DNA of 64,000 bases from NCBI GenBank assembly GCA_002269645.1, contig NIVC01000815.1, positions 124,001 through 188,000 of the forward strand, in the 5' to 3' direction. A program made the position numbers and the translations under genes. The stretch comes from Macrostomum lignano. Taxonomy: Eukaryota. Positions within the stretch are counted from its first letter, which is position 1. The number at the start of each line of letters is the position of its first letter. This document shows positions 1 to 12,251 of the stretch, piece after piece. The notes under the pieces are model-generated. The model searched no databases. It saw only the letters and a program-made list of their open reading frames with translations, and was not told where the DNA came from.

Positions 1-866
1 TTTTTTATTTAAAAAATATAACTATCTTTTTTTCATGTCATCATTTTTTAAAAGGCCTATGAAAAGATGACATACTTTTTATGGCATATTGCAATCACAG
101 CAAGCATGCTTGGATATAACCTTGGGATTCACTTGGCCATTTCTATTGGCAACATACACATGTAAGTTGCTATTGGACAGAATAGTAGTCATGTGACTGC
201 TCTCAGCCAATAGTGATTTACATGTATGTGTTGCCAATAGAAATGGCTGAGTGATTACCAAGGTTGCGCATGTATGACAGCAAGAAGATATGAATGAACT
301 ATAGAAAAAATGAGATATGGCTATGGATATAGATATAAGAAAAAATAGTTTGAATTAAAGTTTGTATATTTTTGTTTATTTTTTAATAAGCAGTTGGCAT
401 TGAGTTTAAAATGTTGTTTTATTAAATTTATAATTTAAAAATGTATTTAAATAAATCATTCAATTTTCTAAATAATTTATACCATAATTCAATAAAAATG
501 ATTTGTTTTTAATCTGAAAGAAAAAAAGAAACTTTTGTAACCAAGCTTGCTTGCTCCTTTTGCATTTTTGCTTTCTTGTCTGTCTTGTTTTTGGTTGTCA
601 ATTTTTTATTTATCAGATAACTATAACCATAAATCCATATGGCCTAATTTTGGAGGGATATGAACTGTTTTTGCAATGAATAATTTATTCTTGATTTTTT
701 TATCAAAATACAACCAACTAAGTTTGGACCCATTGTGAAAAAAATAGCACTGCTATTCTGAGTCATCGCCAACTATGTATTGCATGCCAAACACCTCACT
801 CTAACTGCATCTTACCTGCGTTAGGTTAATTTGAATTAAAAAACAGCAATCCAACAGCAGCCAATC

Positions 867-1814
867 ATGTCCAGCGCCAGCCGCAAGAAGATCCTATTGA
901 AGGTGATCATCCTTGGCGACTCCGGTGTCGGCAAGACCTCCCTAATGAACCAATTCGTGAACAGGAAGTTCAGCAACCAGTACAAGGCCACAATTGGTGC
1001 GGACTTCCTCACCAAGGAGCTCATGGTTGATGACCGGGTGGTCACCCTGCAGCTGTGGGACACGGCGGGCCAGGAGCGGTTCCAGTCGCTGGGCGTCGCC
1101 TTCTACCGCGGCGCCGACGCCTGCATGCTGGGTGAGTGCCGAGCTTTGTGCCTGCTGACAACCAACAGAACCGCCAGCCTCGTACAGTCGTGCTAGACTG
1201 GGCTGTGGGCTATGAAGTACTTCTGGAACTCTCTGATCACCTCCCAGATCCTCCCAGATCCCCTGATCACCTACCAGATCCCCTGATCACCTCCCAGTTC
1301 CCCAGTCACCTCCTAGATCCCCTGGTCACCTCCCAGATCCCCTGATCACCTCCCAGATCCCCAGTCACCTCCCAGATCCCCTGATCACCTCCCGGATCCC
1401 CAGTCACCTCCCAGATCCCCGCCCGCACCCGCAGTGTACGACGTGACGCAGCCGAACTCCTTCAAGACCCTGGACTCGTGGCGGGACGAGTTCCTCATCC
1501 AGGCCAGCCCCCGCGACCCGGACAATTTCCCATTCGTGCTGGTTGGCAACAAGATTGACCTGGAGAACCGCGGCGTCACCAAGAAGCGCGCGGCCCAGTG
1601 GGCGCAGACCAAGTCCAACATGCCCTACTTCGAGTGCAGCGCCAAGGAGGCCGTCAACGTTGAGGCCGCCTTCATGCAGCTGGCCAAGGACGCCCTGGCC
1701 CAGGAGGCCGCATCCGACGATGCCGGCGCCTCGGAGCTGCCGCCGGCCATCCAGCTGCAGGGCGGCGCCGGACAGCAAGGCGGGCAGCAGCAGAGCGGCG
1801 GCTGCTCCTGCTGA
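867..1814 (+). CDS. RAB7: Rab7 small GTPase, 2 exons, 214 aa
   Basis: Exons 867-1131 and 1435-1814. Phase-1 intron G|GTGAGT...CCCGCAG|TG restores ADACMLVYDVT. Motifs [31 protein letters not shown] and ECSAK are present, with a C-terminal CSC prenylation motif. Confidence 0.97.
1233..1420. repeat. Minisatellite, about 20-bp unit CACCTCCCAGATCCCCTGAT, in Rab7 intron
   Basis: About 9 degenerate tandem copies ending about 14 nt before the acceptor. Confidence 0.9.
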
Positions 1815-2320
1815 GCCTGGATTAGGGGGATTTTCCAACTGGGGTCTGACTGACTAACTAGATGGATTGATTGATTGACTGAGGCGATCGCTGCTCATTG
1901 ATTCATTCATTCAAGCTGAACTTGTCTATCTATCTATATAACATAGTGAAATACCGATTTCCAAGGGGCAGAGTTACCGTATGACTTATATACAGACAGA
2001 TTTTAATTGTTGTGCAATCCAAAACTCTTTGACTAAGTATATTATTACATTGTCTACTTACTATTTTTTTTAATTGAAGTCTGAACAAAATTACAAAATT
2101 GACCTAAATCTGTGTCCGTGCTTGTGTCTTATATGAAAATGAAATTACCAGAGTTTCACTTGTTTGCTACTATAAGTAATATATTCGAGCAAATTTTTGT
2201 TTCATTTTCAATGCGCGTTAATTTTTTATGCCCACGCCGATCGTGTCCTGCTAAATGTGCTGCTGTGTCGATCAATAATGCAATGTAGGACGAGGGCGTT
2301 TTATTTTTTTATAAGTACAC

Positions 2321-2326
2321 AATAAA
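2321..2326 (+). promoter_or_regulatory. Candidate polyadenylation signal for Rab7
   Basis: AATAAA about 500 nt after the stop, in an AT-rich UTR. Confidence 0.4.
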
Positions 2327-2452
2327 CATGCTGAGCTCTGAAACCTTGCACTGTGGTTGAGTAGCGGTTTTAAGTTTCCCGTGTTGATCCCAAGTTTTAA
2401 ATCCTAGTTTCCTTTGTTTCCTGCCGTTCAGAATTCTTATCAGCAATTTAGC

Positions 2453-2933
2453 CCCTTCATTTCCCTCCCTGCCCAATCTTTATCGCCTCCCTTCAATCCC
2501 TTCATTTTGCCTCCCTGCCCAATCTTTATCGCCTCCCTTCAATCCCTTCATTTGCCTCCCTGCCCAATCTTTATCGCCTCCCTTCAATACCTTCATTTGC
2601 CTCCCTGCCCAATCTTTATCGCCTCCCTTCAATCCCTTCATTTGCCTCCCTGCCCAATCTTTATCGCCTCCCTTCAATCCCTTCATTTGCCTCCCTGCCC
2701 AATCTTTATCGCCTCCCTTCAATCCCTTCATTTGCCTCCCTGCCCAATCTTTATCGCCTCCCTTCAATCCCTTCATTTGCCTCCCTGCCCAATATTTATC
2801 GCCTCCCTTCAATCCCTTCATTTGCCTCCTTGCCCAATCTTTATCGCCTCCCTTCAATCCCTTCATTTGCCTCCCTGCCCAATCTTTATCGCCTCCCTTC
2901 AATCCCTTCATTTCCCTCCCTGCCCAATCCTTC
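2453..2933. repeat. Minisatellite, 45-bp unit TTTGCCTCCCTGCCCAATCTTTATCGCCTCCCTTCAATCCCTTCA
   Basis: About 10.5 near-identical copies between the convergent Rab7 and kinase genes. Confidence 0.95.
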
Positions 2934-3944
2934 ATATATTAAACTTTCTTCCAGAAGCAATTGCCCCTATTACGTCATCGCAGATTTTGTGAAGCTGTCA
3001 GTCAGCGCTTTATAAAATTAAGCTCGAGTCTGACCATCTTATTCTGGATTTGATACTCAATCGAGTTCGTTGCGCTTAGCTTGTAAAAATATCGAACTAT
3101 TCGTGAAAGCAAGATATGAAATGAAGCCGTTGTGTCAATTGGACAGGCCGGGTTTTATTATTAGTAGTTTTTTTCACTCGCTTACCCCACGGTTGAGGAT
3201 TACTGTTTGACTTGAACAGAATTTTACTTTTTTTCTATCAAACTTCAAACACTCTCACTACTGTCATCATACATGCACTCAATACTAACTGTATTCCGCG
3301 TCCCCATTAGCCTCAACCAAAATATCCTATTTTCTTTATTTATTTCTCAATCTATTTTTTTAATATCCCGACAGAAGTCGCGCGTTATTCTACTTGTAGT
3401 AGCGTGCAGTGTGTTCGGCTCGTCTTGATTTATATTTTCTCCCATTTCAATAATTATATAATGCCTGCACCGTTTTTTGCTTAATGCAACGATGTGATTT
3501 ATGGCAAATGTGATTGGCTCTGCTCCCTTATGACTCTCCCTGCCCTTTGTAATTCTCTCTACATAATTTATATATATTTAAACAGTCAAGACTGTCAGTT
3601 GATATGTTCCCAATTTTGCAGTATAAAAGAGGTGGACCCAATTTTTAAACAGGTATGCAACACAAATCCAAATATATTGTTGTTATTATTAATGCCGCTT
3701 CGTTGAAACTGACAATTTCGCTTGTCGAATTCATCATGCGATTTGCTGAATATTAATGAATTATTGCCTACTTTATCTGTGACAGCTTTTACTTTAATTA
3801 GCTGACAAATTTTCATTTAAACCATTGAGAATAAGCTTAGCAAATTATGTATCTAACAATATCCAGATAGGGAATAGAGTTCAGTGACTGTTACTGTGCC
3901 CTCGCTATCACTGTCCGCTTCAGTGCGATGACTGCTTTCAGTTC

Positions 3945-4535
3945 CCCTGCTATGACTGCTTCAGTTTCCCTGCTATGACTGCTTCAGTGTCCCTGCTATG
4001 ACTGCTTCAGTGTCCCTGCTATGACTACTTCAGTGTCCCTGCTATGACTGCTTCAGTGTCCCTGCTATGACTACTTCAGTGTCCCTGCTATGACTGCTTC
4101 AGTGTCCCTGCTATGACTACTTCAGTATCCCTGCTATGACTGCTTCAGTGTCCCAGCTATGACTACTTCAGTTTCTCCTGCTATGACTGCTTCAATTTCC
4201 CCTGCTATGACTACTTCAGTATCCCTGCTATGACTGCTTCAGTGTCCCAGCTATGACTACTTCAGTTTCTCCTGCTATGACTGCTTCAATTTCCCCTGCT
4301 ATGACTGCTTCAGTTTCCCCTGCTATGACTGCTTCAGTGTCCCTGCTATGACTGCTTTCCCCGCTATGACTGCTTCAGTGTCCCTGCTATGACTGCTTTC
4401 CCCGCTATGACCTGCTTCAGTTTCTCCTGCTATGACTGCTTTTCCTTCGCTATGACTGCTTCCGTGTCCCCTGCTATCCCCTGCTATGACTGCTTTAGTT
4501 TCCCCCGCTATGACTGTCTTATGACTGCTTCAGTG
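3945..4535. repeat. Minisatellite, 22-23-bp unit CTGCTATGACTGCTTCAGTGTCC
   Basis: About 25 copies in the kinase 3' UTR. The terminal unit overlaps the kinase stop codon (4530-4532). Confidence 0.92.
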
Positions 4536-6489
4536 CTCATACTGGGGCTGCTTCTCAACAAAATAGTTCTCAAGCAGGTTCCTCAGCGCAGCAAAGGTGG
4601 GCCTGGCGGCCGGCTCCAGCCGCCAGCAGGCCAGCATGACGCTCTCGTACAGGAACTGGTCGCAGGGCACCCCGCCTGCCGGACAGCTGGGGTTGGCCAT
4701 CCGGTATCCGCCGCACACCAGCCGCAGGATGTCGCAGTTGCTGTACTCCGGGTAGGGCAGGCCGCCTCTCGTCACGACCTCGTACGCTAAAATTCCAAAG
4801 GACCAAACGTCGGATTTGTGCGTGAACGCCTTGGATTTGGCCGCCTCCGGGGCGGTCCATCGGATTGGAAACTTGGTGCCCTCCTTGAAGCAGTAGGCCT
4901 CCTCCTCGATGCAGCGGCTCAGGCCGAAGTCGCCAACTTTGACGGTGTTATTAAGGCCGACTAGAATGTTGGCCGCTCGCAGGTCGCGGTGAATGAAGCG
5001 CTTCTGCTCCAGGTAGCACATGCCGTCAGCCACCTGGAATAGCATGTCAATCATGTGCCCGAAGGTCACTCTACGGCCTTGCTCGTTGTCTCGTCTCAGG
5101 TAGGCCGTTAGGGCGCCATTCGGCATGAACTCCGTGACGATGTAGAACGGCTCTTCGCGGGTGCACACTCCTACCAGTTGCACAATCTTTGGGTGGTGCA
5201 GCTTGTGCATCTTCTCCGCCTCGCTGAGAAAGTCCGCCTTGTTCATAGTGGCCTCCTTCATGCTCTTTACCGCCACCTCCAATAGGCGGCCCAGTCTGGC
5301 TTTCCACACCTGCGCGCATGCGAGGGAGGCAGCAAGCGATGCGAAACTCTTTTTGGTGATCCTCGGGGATGCTTCCCGCTAAAGAGACAACTTTTTGAGT
5401 CCCGATTATGCAATAACAGACAGAATAAATACGAAAATTACAGACTGCTTGATCACCATCCTCAGGTTGGGCAGCCAGAATCCCAGATCCTCAAGCTGAG
5501 CAGCCAGAATCCCAGATCCTCAGGCTGAGCAGCCAGAATTCCAGATCCTCAGACTGAGCAGCCAGAATCCCAGATACTCAGACTGAGCAGCCAGAATCCC
5601 AGATCCTCAGACTGAGCAGCCAGAATCCCAGATCCTCAGACTGAGCAGCCAGAATCCCAAATCCTCAGACTGAGCACTGAGCAGCCAGAATCTCTGATCC
5701 CCAGCTCCAGCCGCTCACCTCGCCGAACGATCCCTGACCCAGTTTTTCAACAAAACTGAGCAGCTGCCTGTTGAGCTCGAAGTCGCGCAGCTGAGGCGGC
5801 GGCACGTACTCCCTCGGGCAGGGCAGCCCCAGCTGGCAGCACATGCCGTCTTGTTGCTGTTGGTAGTGCTCCAGCAGCTCGATCAGGCTCGAAAATCGCC
5901 TATTGGGACTGATGTAGAATCCGCCTTCGTCTGTTGGTCGCACAATGTAGTGCCTCACTAGCACCTTCTGCTGTTGTTGCTGCTGCGCCTCCAAGTCCTC
6001 ATCTGTCCGCACGCTGAGGCTGAACGCGCCGGACTCGGAGCGCTGGCCGCACGGCCGCAGGATGAAGCTGCCATGCGGCACGCCCGGCATGAGGAGGCAG
6101 CGCTCGGCCTCGCGTCTGTCAACGTCAAACCAGGCGGTAAGGGAGGCTGGGCCGCCGTCGTACGGCTGGATGTAGTTGCAGGGCACGTAGCCGCTGTCAC
6201 CTGTGCGCTGGTTGCGCATCAGCCACCAGAACTCGCCGCTGGAATTGTCCACCAAGTCTAGGATGTCGTCCTTTTTAAATGATAAATCGTCGTCTGCCTG
6301 TTTCTCGAAATCGTACAGGGCTCGCATTTGAACAGCCGAGGCTGCGGAGGCGGAGGCGGAGGCCGCCTCGGTCGGCGCCGTTGCTGCGGCTACAACGGAG
6401 GCGATGGTGGCGCAGCTTTCGCCGTCGACAAGCTTCTTCTGCTGAGTGGTGGCGTAGCGACCCCTCCGAGAGAACAGGCAGTTGCCCAT
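4530..6489 (-). CDS. Src-family non-receptor tyrosine kinase (SH4-SH3-SH2-kinase), 2 exons, 516 aa
   Basis: Exons 6489-5719 and 5309-4530, phase-0 intron GAG|GTGAGC...GCGCAG|GTG. MGNC N-terminus (myristoyl Gly2, palmitoyl Cys4), SH3 ALYDF...WW...GYVPCNY, SH2 FILR, GQGSFG loop, HRDLRAAN, DFG, activation-loop Tyr, KFPIRWTAPE and C-terminal regulatory Tyr (QPQYEH). Subfamily not resolved. Confidence 0.96.
5465..5700. repeat. Minisatellite, 29-bp unit GAGCAGCCAGAATCCCAGATCCTCAGACT, in kinase intron
   Basis: About 8 copies, running to within about 15 nt of the donor. Confidence 0.92.
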
Positions 6490-7774
6490 GCGACTGTCCG
6501 GGCGGGCGTTGGCTGTCTGGCAATCTGCTGCGGTCTCTGCTGCAAGTGTCAGCTTTTAGCCTTGTTTATTTGGCTTTTCACACGCCAAGCTAATGGAATA
6601 TCCTTTTTCGCTTTTCATTTGTTGCTTTAGGCGTCTCAAGCAACTCGCCCCTCCCCCTTGGCCTCCCGGCGCGCCTCCGGTTGTGCGTGAACACTTGCTG
6701 GGTTTGGCTACTTTGCTAAGCTTTTAGCATAAGTAAGAGAGTAAGCTAGCATTGCTTAGCCAGACCGCCCGGCTCTAGGGGACCTGCCTCCTGTTGCTGT
6801 CAACACCCGTGGGGTGGGGTCTGCATATGTTGAGCTAGCTTAGTCAGTGCCATTCGAAATGACATAATTGCACTGTTTAGCACTCGTGCCAGCTCGATAC
6901 AATATCGATACCATGTACGAATGGTTCCAGATACGTACAGCTTGAACGATAATACTAAAGTGAAAGCGGTTTTGCCACCGTTTTAATTATGTATAGTTAC
7001 TGAAGTTTGCGCATTAACTGAGGTTTTAGGCAGATTGCGGAGATATGTGTGGATATATATTATGTTGAAATGAATGTGTGTCAAAACCGAGTTGCAGACA
7101 CAGGTGTGTGTGTCAAAACCGAGTTGCAGACACCATGACTAGCTGTTCCAGGTATCCAATGGACAGAAAGTTTCTTTAGCGCTTTTGAAGACCAGGAAAG
7201 TTTGATGAATAGCCTGTGTATTATATAATCTCCAAAATCTTGATGAAGCTGTTTGCCAGTTTTAGTGCAAGCGTCCGCGCAGGCCTAGGTGGATATAGGA
7301 GAGATGTTGTTTCCGATTAGCCCTAGTGTAGACAAGACCAAGCAGTTATTGATTTCTCTAATTAGTCGTTCGCTGAGGCCCGGCAGATTCTTAGTTTGAT
7401 GGAGTGGTCAAACTTAGCCGCCCAATTTTTGTCTGGCATATTCGTTTACTAAAATTGAATTGTGAATTTAGCGGTTTCATAGGAGAATCTTAGCTGCTAT
7501 GAAGATATGATAATCGCCGAGTTCGAATCCAGTCGCATTACTTTGTGCAATTCAAGCCCTGCACTCGCGGCTTTAGAATAACCGGCACTGCAGTTCACCA
7601 GCCAATCTTTCCTACGGCTTATCTAGTGATGAATATAACCGCTGTTTTTGGCATAGACACTGCGCTCGTGATTAGATTTATCAACTAGAGCTGCCAACGA
7701 TTTCTGATAAATAAAGACGGTACATTTTTTATAAACATGTCTTTAAGCTTGTGGGCACATAAGTAGAGTGTTCT

Positions 7775-9230
7775 TGTGAACAGATCGTGGTCTTGTGAAT
7801 ACATTCGTGGTATTCTTTTGAACAGATCTTCAGGTATTCTTGTGAACAGATCTTTAGGTATTTTTGTGAACAGATCTTTAGGTATTCTTGTGAACAGATC
7901 TTTAGGTATTCTTGTGAATAGATTCTCAGGACGTATTTTTGTGAACAGATCATTAGGTAGTCTTGTGAATATATCTTTAGGTATTCTTGTGAATAGATTC
8001 TTAGGTATTCTTGTGACTAGATTCTTAGGTATTCTTGTGAATAGATTATTAGGTATTCTTGTGAATAGATTCTTAGCTATTCTTTTGAATAGATCTTTAG
8101 ATTTTCTTGTAAATAGATTCCTAGGTATTTTTGTGAATAGATCCTTAGGTATTCTTGTGAATAGATTCTTAGGTATTCTGTGAACAAACTCTTAGGTACT
8201 CTTGTGAGATCTTTAGGTATTCTTGTAAACAGATCTTTAGGTATTCTTGTGAACAGATCTTTAGGTATTCTTGTGAACAGATCTTTAGGTATTCTTGTGA
8301 GATTCTCAGGGCGTATTCTTGTGAACAGATCATTAGGTAGTCTTGTGAATAGATTCTTAGCTATTCTTTTGAATATATCTTTAGGTATTCTTGTGAATAG
8401 ATTCTTAGGTATTCTTGTGAATAGATTATTAGGTATTCTTGTGAATAGATTCTTAGGTATTCTTGTGAATAGATTATTAGGTATTCTTGTGAATAGATTC
8501 TTAGGTATTCTTGTGAATAGATTATTAGGTATTCTTGTGAATAGATTCTTAGCTATTCTTTTGAATAGATCTTTAGGTTTTCTTGTAAATAGATTCCTAG
8601 GTATTTTTGTGAATAGATCCTTAGGTATTCTTGTGAATAGATTCTTAGGTATTCTGTGAACAAACTCTTAGGTACTCTTGTGAGATCTTTAGGTATTCTT
8701 GTAAACAGATCTTTAGGTATTCTTGTGAACAGATCTTTAGGTATTCTTGTGAACAGATCATTAGGTAGTCTTGTGAATAGATTCTTAGCTATTCTTTTGA
8801 ATATATCTTTAGGTATTCTTGTGAATAGATTCTTAGGTATTCTTGTGAATAGATTATTAGGTATTCTTGTGAATAGATTCTTAGGTATTCTTGTGAATAG
8901 ATTATTAGGTATTCTTGTGAATAGATTCTTAGGTATTCTTGTGAATAGATTATTAGGTATTCTTGTGACTAGATTCTTAGGTATTCTTGTGAATAGATTA
9001 TTAGGTATTCTTGTGAATAGATTATTAGGTATTCTTGTGAATAGATTATTAGGTATTCTTGTGAATAGATTCTTAGCTATTCTTTTGAATAGATCGTTAG
9101 GTTTTCTTGTAAATAGATTCCTAGGTATTTTTGTGAATAGATCCTTAGGTATTCTTGTGAATAGATTCTTAGGTATTCTGTGAACAGATTCTTATGTATT
9201 CTTGTGAACAGACTCTTAGGTACTCTTGTG
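7775..9230. repeat. Minisatellite, 24-bp unit GTGAATAGATTCTTAGGTATTCTT, with higher-order duplication
   Basis: About 60 copies. The variant block GTGAACAAACTCTTAGGTACTCTTGTGAGATC recurs at 8180 and 8656 (476-bp period). Confidence 0.95.
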
Positions 9231-9617
9231 TACACAAAGCTAGTGTTGAGTATTCTGTGATAAATGTACTGTAGAATGCATTCCAAATGAATGCATGTAC
9301 TTATCAAATATGTTATCATTTACACAAAAGAATGTAATGACAAGTTTAGATTTTAAAGTTTCAATAAAATTGACGCAATTAGCATGATATTGAATAAGCG
9401 CTGCTCAAAAAACGTTTTTATACAAAACCTAAGAAATTCAACCTAATTTAATCTCTTTATCAAGAGGTTCTTTGGTTCTTTTTAGTGCAATTATTTGCTG
9501 GTGTAAATATCGACTATTGTACAGGCACTGAAAACGTATGTAAACCTGTCCATGCACTCAGGTAAACCCGCAGACAGTGCAAATATACACACTCAGTTCC
9601 CAGTTCCATCTCCACTT

Positions 9618-11311
9618 TTAAAACCGGAAATCCTTCTGCAGGCTGCTCTTGATATTCGGTACCATGTAGCAGGTGGAGCCTTTCCCCGGCACGGGGGTCG
9701 AGCCGACCTCGCGACAGACGTGAGTCATCATCTTGAGCAGGTCCATCTTGTCGTAATTCTCCTCGATTACATCGCACAGCTTCTGAATGTACAAGGAGCC
9801 TCTGTATATCGACCTGTAAGACAGGCAATCTTCCCAAGTTGAAAAGCCGAATAAGAAGTCGATGTACTTTGAAATTTTCAACGGCGCCTTCTTGGCGTTG
9901 TCTTCCGGCTCGGGCTTAGACTGAAAGTACTGCATGCCGGTGTCGCCTCGGGTGCGGCAGGCCTGGATGAAGAAGACCTTCGGCTTACCAACCAGGTCTG
10001 GGCAGTGCTCGGCGTCCACCTTGGGGGTTTGGGGTGCATTAATCATAAGCAAACTGATTGCAAGATGTAGAGTGAGGTGGCTTCGAGTGATGTGGCTGCG
10101 AGTGAGGTGGCTTCGAGTGATGTGGCTGCGGGGTGAGGTGGCTGCGGAGTGAGGTGGCTGCGGAGTGAGGTGGCTGCGGAGTGAGGTGGCTGCGGAGTGA
10201 GGTGGCTGCGGAGTGAGGTGGCTGCGAAGTGAGGTGGCTGCGGAGTGAGGTGGCTGCGGAGTGAGGCGGCGGAGTGAGGTGGCTGCGGAGTGAAGTGGCT
10301 GGGGAGTGAGGTGTCTGCGGAGTGAGGCGGCTGCGGAGTGAGGTGGCTGCAGAGTAAGGTAGCTGCTGAGGGCAAGCACTGACGGCAAGCGAGTCACACC
10401 TGCAGGGCTATGTCGCGGAGCTCAACCAGCTTGCCGTCAGTGCCCTGCACCGCGTCGCCGTGGCCGTGTGCCAGGATGAAGCACACAAAATAGTCAATGT
10501 CGGCCAGCACGCCGCTATTAGCAATCTTGCGCATCTCGGCAATCATGCCCTCGCTATCGAGGTCCGGCCTCTCGTGCACCCGAAAATGCAGGTCAGTCTG
10601 GAAGAGCTGGTAGATTCGCTTCACATCCTGCTCGGAGCCGCGTCGAATGTTGTCGAGGTCATTGGATCTGTAAATCTGGTTGATAATGAGGCAGTAGCCG
10701 TTCTTGGGATTCCGCCTCGGGTACACGTCCAGCGAAGGCCGGTAGGGCTCTAGCAGTTCGGACACCGCCCGGTGGCCTAGCAGGTGGCTGATCTCGATGG
10801 CTGACAGGCCGGAGCTGTTCTTCTGTGCCAGCAGCTTAGCATCGGCGCCGACTGCGGGCAGTAGCAGGCGCGTCAGCTCCTCGTTGCTGCGCCTCGCTGC
10901 GTGCATCAGCGCCGTCTCGCCGTCCCGGTCGGCCAGGTCGAGACGCAGCCGACCGGTGCCCAGCAGGCGTCGCGCCGTGGCCACAGCGTCCACGTCGACC
11001 GCCATCATCAGCGGCGTCAGGCCGAGCGTCGTCTCCCGACGATTGACATCGACGCCAGAGTCGATGAGGACGGCGCAGCAGCGGTCGGCGCAGTTCAACG
11101 CCGCATAGTGCAGCGGCGCGGCGCCAGTGGCGTCGAGATCGTCAGCCCCGAGCCCTGCGCCCAGCAGGTACTCCACACAGTCGATGGAGTCGCGCACGAC
11201 CGCCCAGTGGAGCAGCGTTTTGCCGTCGGCTGTGCGCTCGGCCAGCTGGTCGAGTTCCGCTTCGCGAAGGTCCTGGATTCGATTCTGCAGCACCACCAGC
11301 GCGAGGTCCAT
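9618..11311 (-). CDS. Caspase (peptidase C14A) with a 5-ankyrin-repeat prodomain, at least 2 exons, 437 aa
   Basis: Exons 11311-10400 and 10019-9618. Phase-0 intron CAG|GTGTGA...CCCCAAG|GTG joins ELRDIALQ-VDAEHCPDLVGKPKVFFIQACRT. Five ANK repeats, then p20 (GYCLIIN, RRGSEQD, ILAHG, QACRT) and p10 (DFLFGFST, SYR...GSLYIQKLC, P...SSLQKDFRF). Confidence 0.92.
10070..10350. repeat. Minisatellite, 16-bp unit GAGTGAGGTGGCTGCG, in caspase intron
   Basis: About 17 copies between the caspase donor (10399) and acceptor (10020). Confidence 0.92.
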
Positions 11312-11384
11312 GGCTGAGCAGTCGGACTGCTGCAGTGCAATGGGTTTGGTTCGCTGATCAACAAATCAGCTGATTCACAGGTTC

Positions 11385-11615
11385 ACGAGCTCACCGATTC
11401 ACGAATTTTTTATTTAAAAAATTATGGATTTAACAGTTAACAGCTTCACAAATTCACAATTTTACCAATCAACCAATTCACTGATTCACTAATACACAAA
11501 TTCACTACTACACAATTTCACCAATTTACTAATACAGAAATTCACCAATTCACAAATTCACAAATTCACGAATTCACTAACTCACTAATTCACCAATACA
11601 CTAATTCACCAATTC
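11385..11615. repeat. Degenerate 8-bp repeat (TCACCAAT/TCACAAAT/TCACTAAT)
   Basis: Fills the gap between the ankyrin-only ORF and the ANK-caspase and overlaps the last codons of the ORF. Confidence 0.7.
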
Positions 11616-12251
11616 AGCAATCTCCCCAGCAACCTTGTCAGCCGGTAGCGAATGACCCGACCCTGGCATCCTGGGCACCAGCACTTCCAGCACCCGCCTG
11701 CTGCCGCAGCGCTCGGCCACGTTCACCGCCGTCTCGCCATCGTCATTCAACGCCAGCAGGTTGGCCTTCCAGCTGACCAGAAGGTTCGCCACCTCCGCAT
11801 GATCACCGGCAGCGGCCAGGTGCAGCGCCGCGTTCCCGACGCTGTCCCGCAGCTCCAGGCTGACGGCTCCAAATGGATCCTGGCGCAGCAGCAGCTCCAC
11901 GATACTCGAATGGCCGAGCTCGGCCGCCAGCATCAGCGGCGTCTTGGCGGAGGCGTCCAGGGCCATCCGGTTGGCGCCGCACCTAATCAGCAGTTCGGCG
12001 ACGGCCTCAGAGTTGTGCCTTGCGGCCACGTGCAGCGGCGTGGTGCCCTGTGGACTGACCGCGTCAATGCCCAGTCCGTTGTCTAGCAGGAGCTTAGCCG
12101 CATCGAAGCTGTCATTCATCGCCGCGGAGTGCAGCGGTCCAGCCGAGCCGTTGTAGTTGTTGCAGTCTGATGGGTCCTTCATTAAGTCCTTCAGCTCCGG
12201 CGAATTGTTTAACAGAGCGTGCCGCTTCATCACTTTGATGCGTTTCTCCAT
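11601..12251 (-). CDS. Ankyrin-repeat protein (5 ANK), 216 aa if unspliced; possibly a 5' exon of the ANK-caspase
   Basis: First in-frame ATG is 12251 (the track's 12305 start is TTG). Repeats PLHSAA, TPLHVAA, TPLMLAA, ALHLAA, TAVNVA. Confidence 0.85.
   Translation of the reverse strand: MEKRIKVMKRHALLNNSPELKDLMKDPSDCNNYNGSAGPLHSAAMNDSFDAAKLLLDNGLGIDAVSPQGTTPLHVAARHNSEAVAELLIRCGANRMALDASAKTPLMLAAELGHSSIVELLLRQDPFGAVSLELRDSVGNAALHLAAAGDHAEVANLLVSWKANLLALNDDGETAVNVAERCGSRRVLEVLVPRMPGSGHSLPADKVAGEIAELVN

Noticed and set aside
7515-7540. GTTCGAATCC B-box-like motif
   Set aside because: The flanks do not form a T-stem or cloverleaf, so it is a single short match.
9618-12251. Horizontal origin of the ANK-caspase from bacteria
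   Set aside because: The caspase has metazoan p20/p10 motifs (KPKxFFIQACR), a spliceosomal intron and host-like GC-rich codons.
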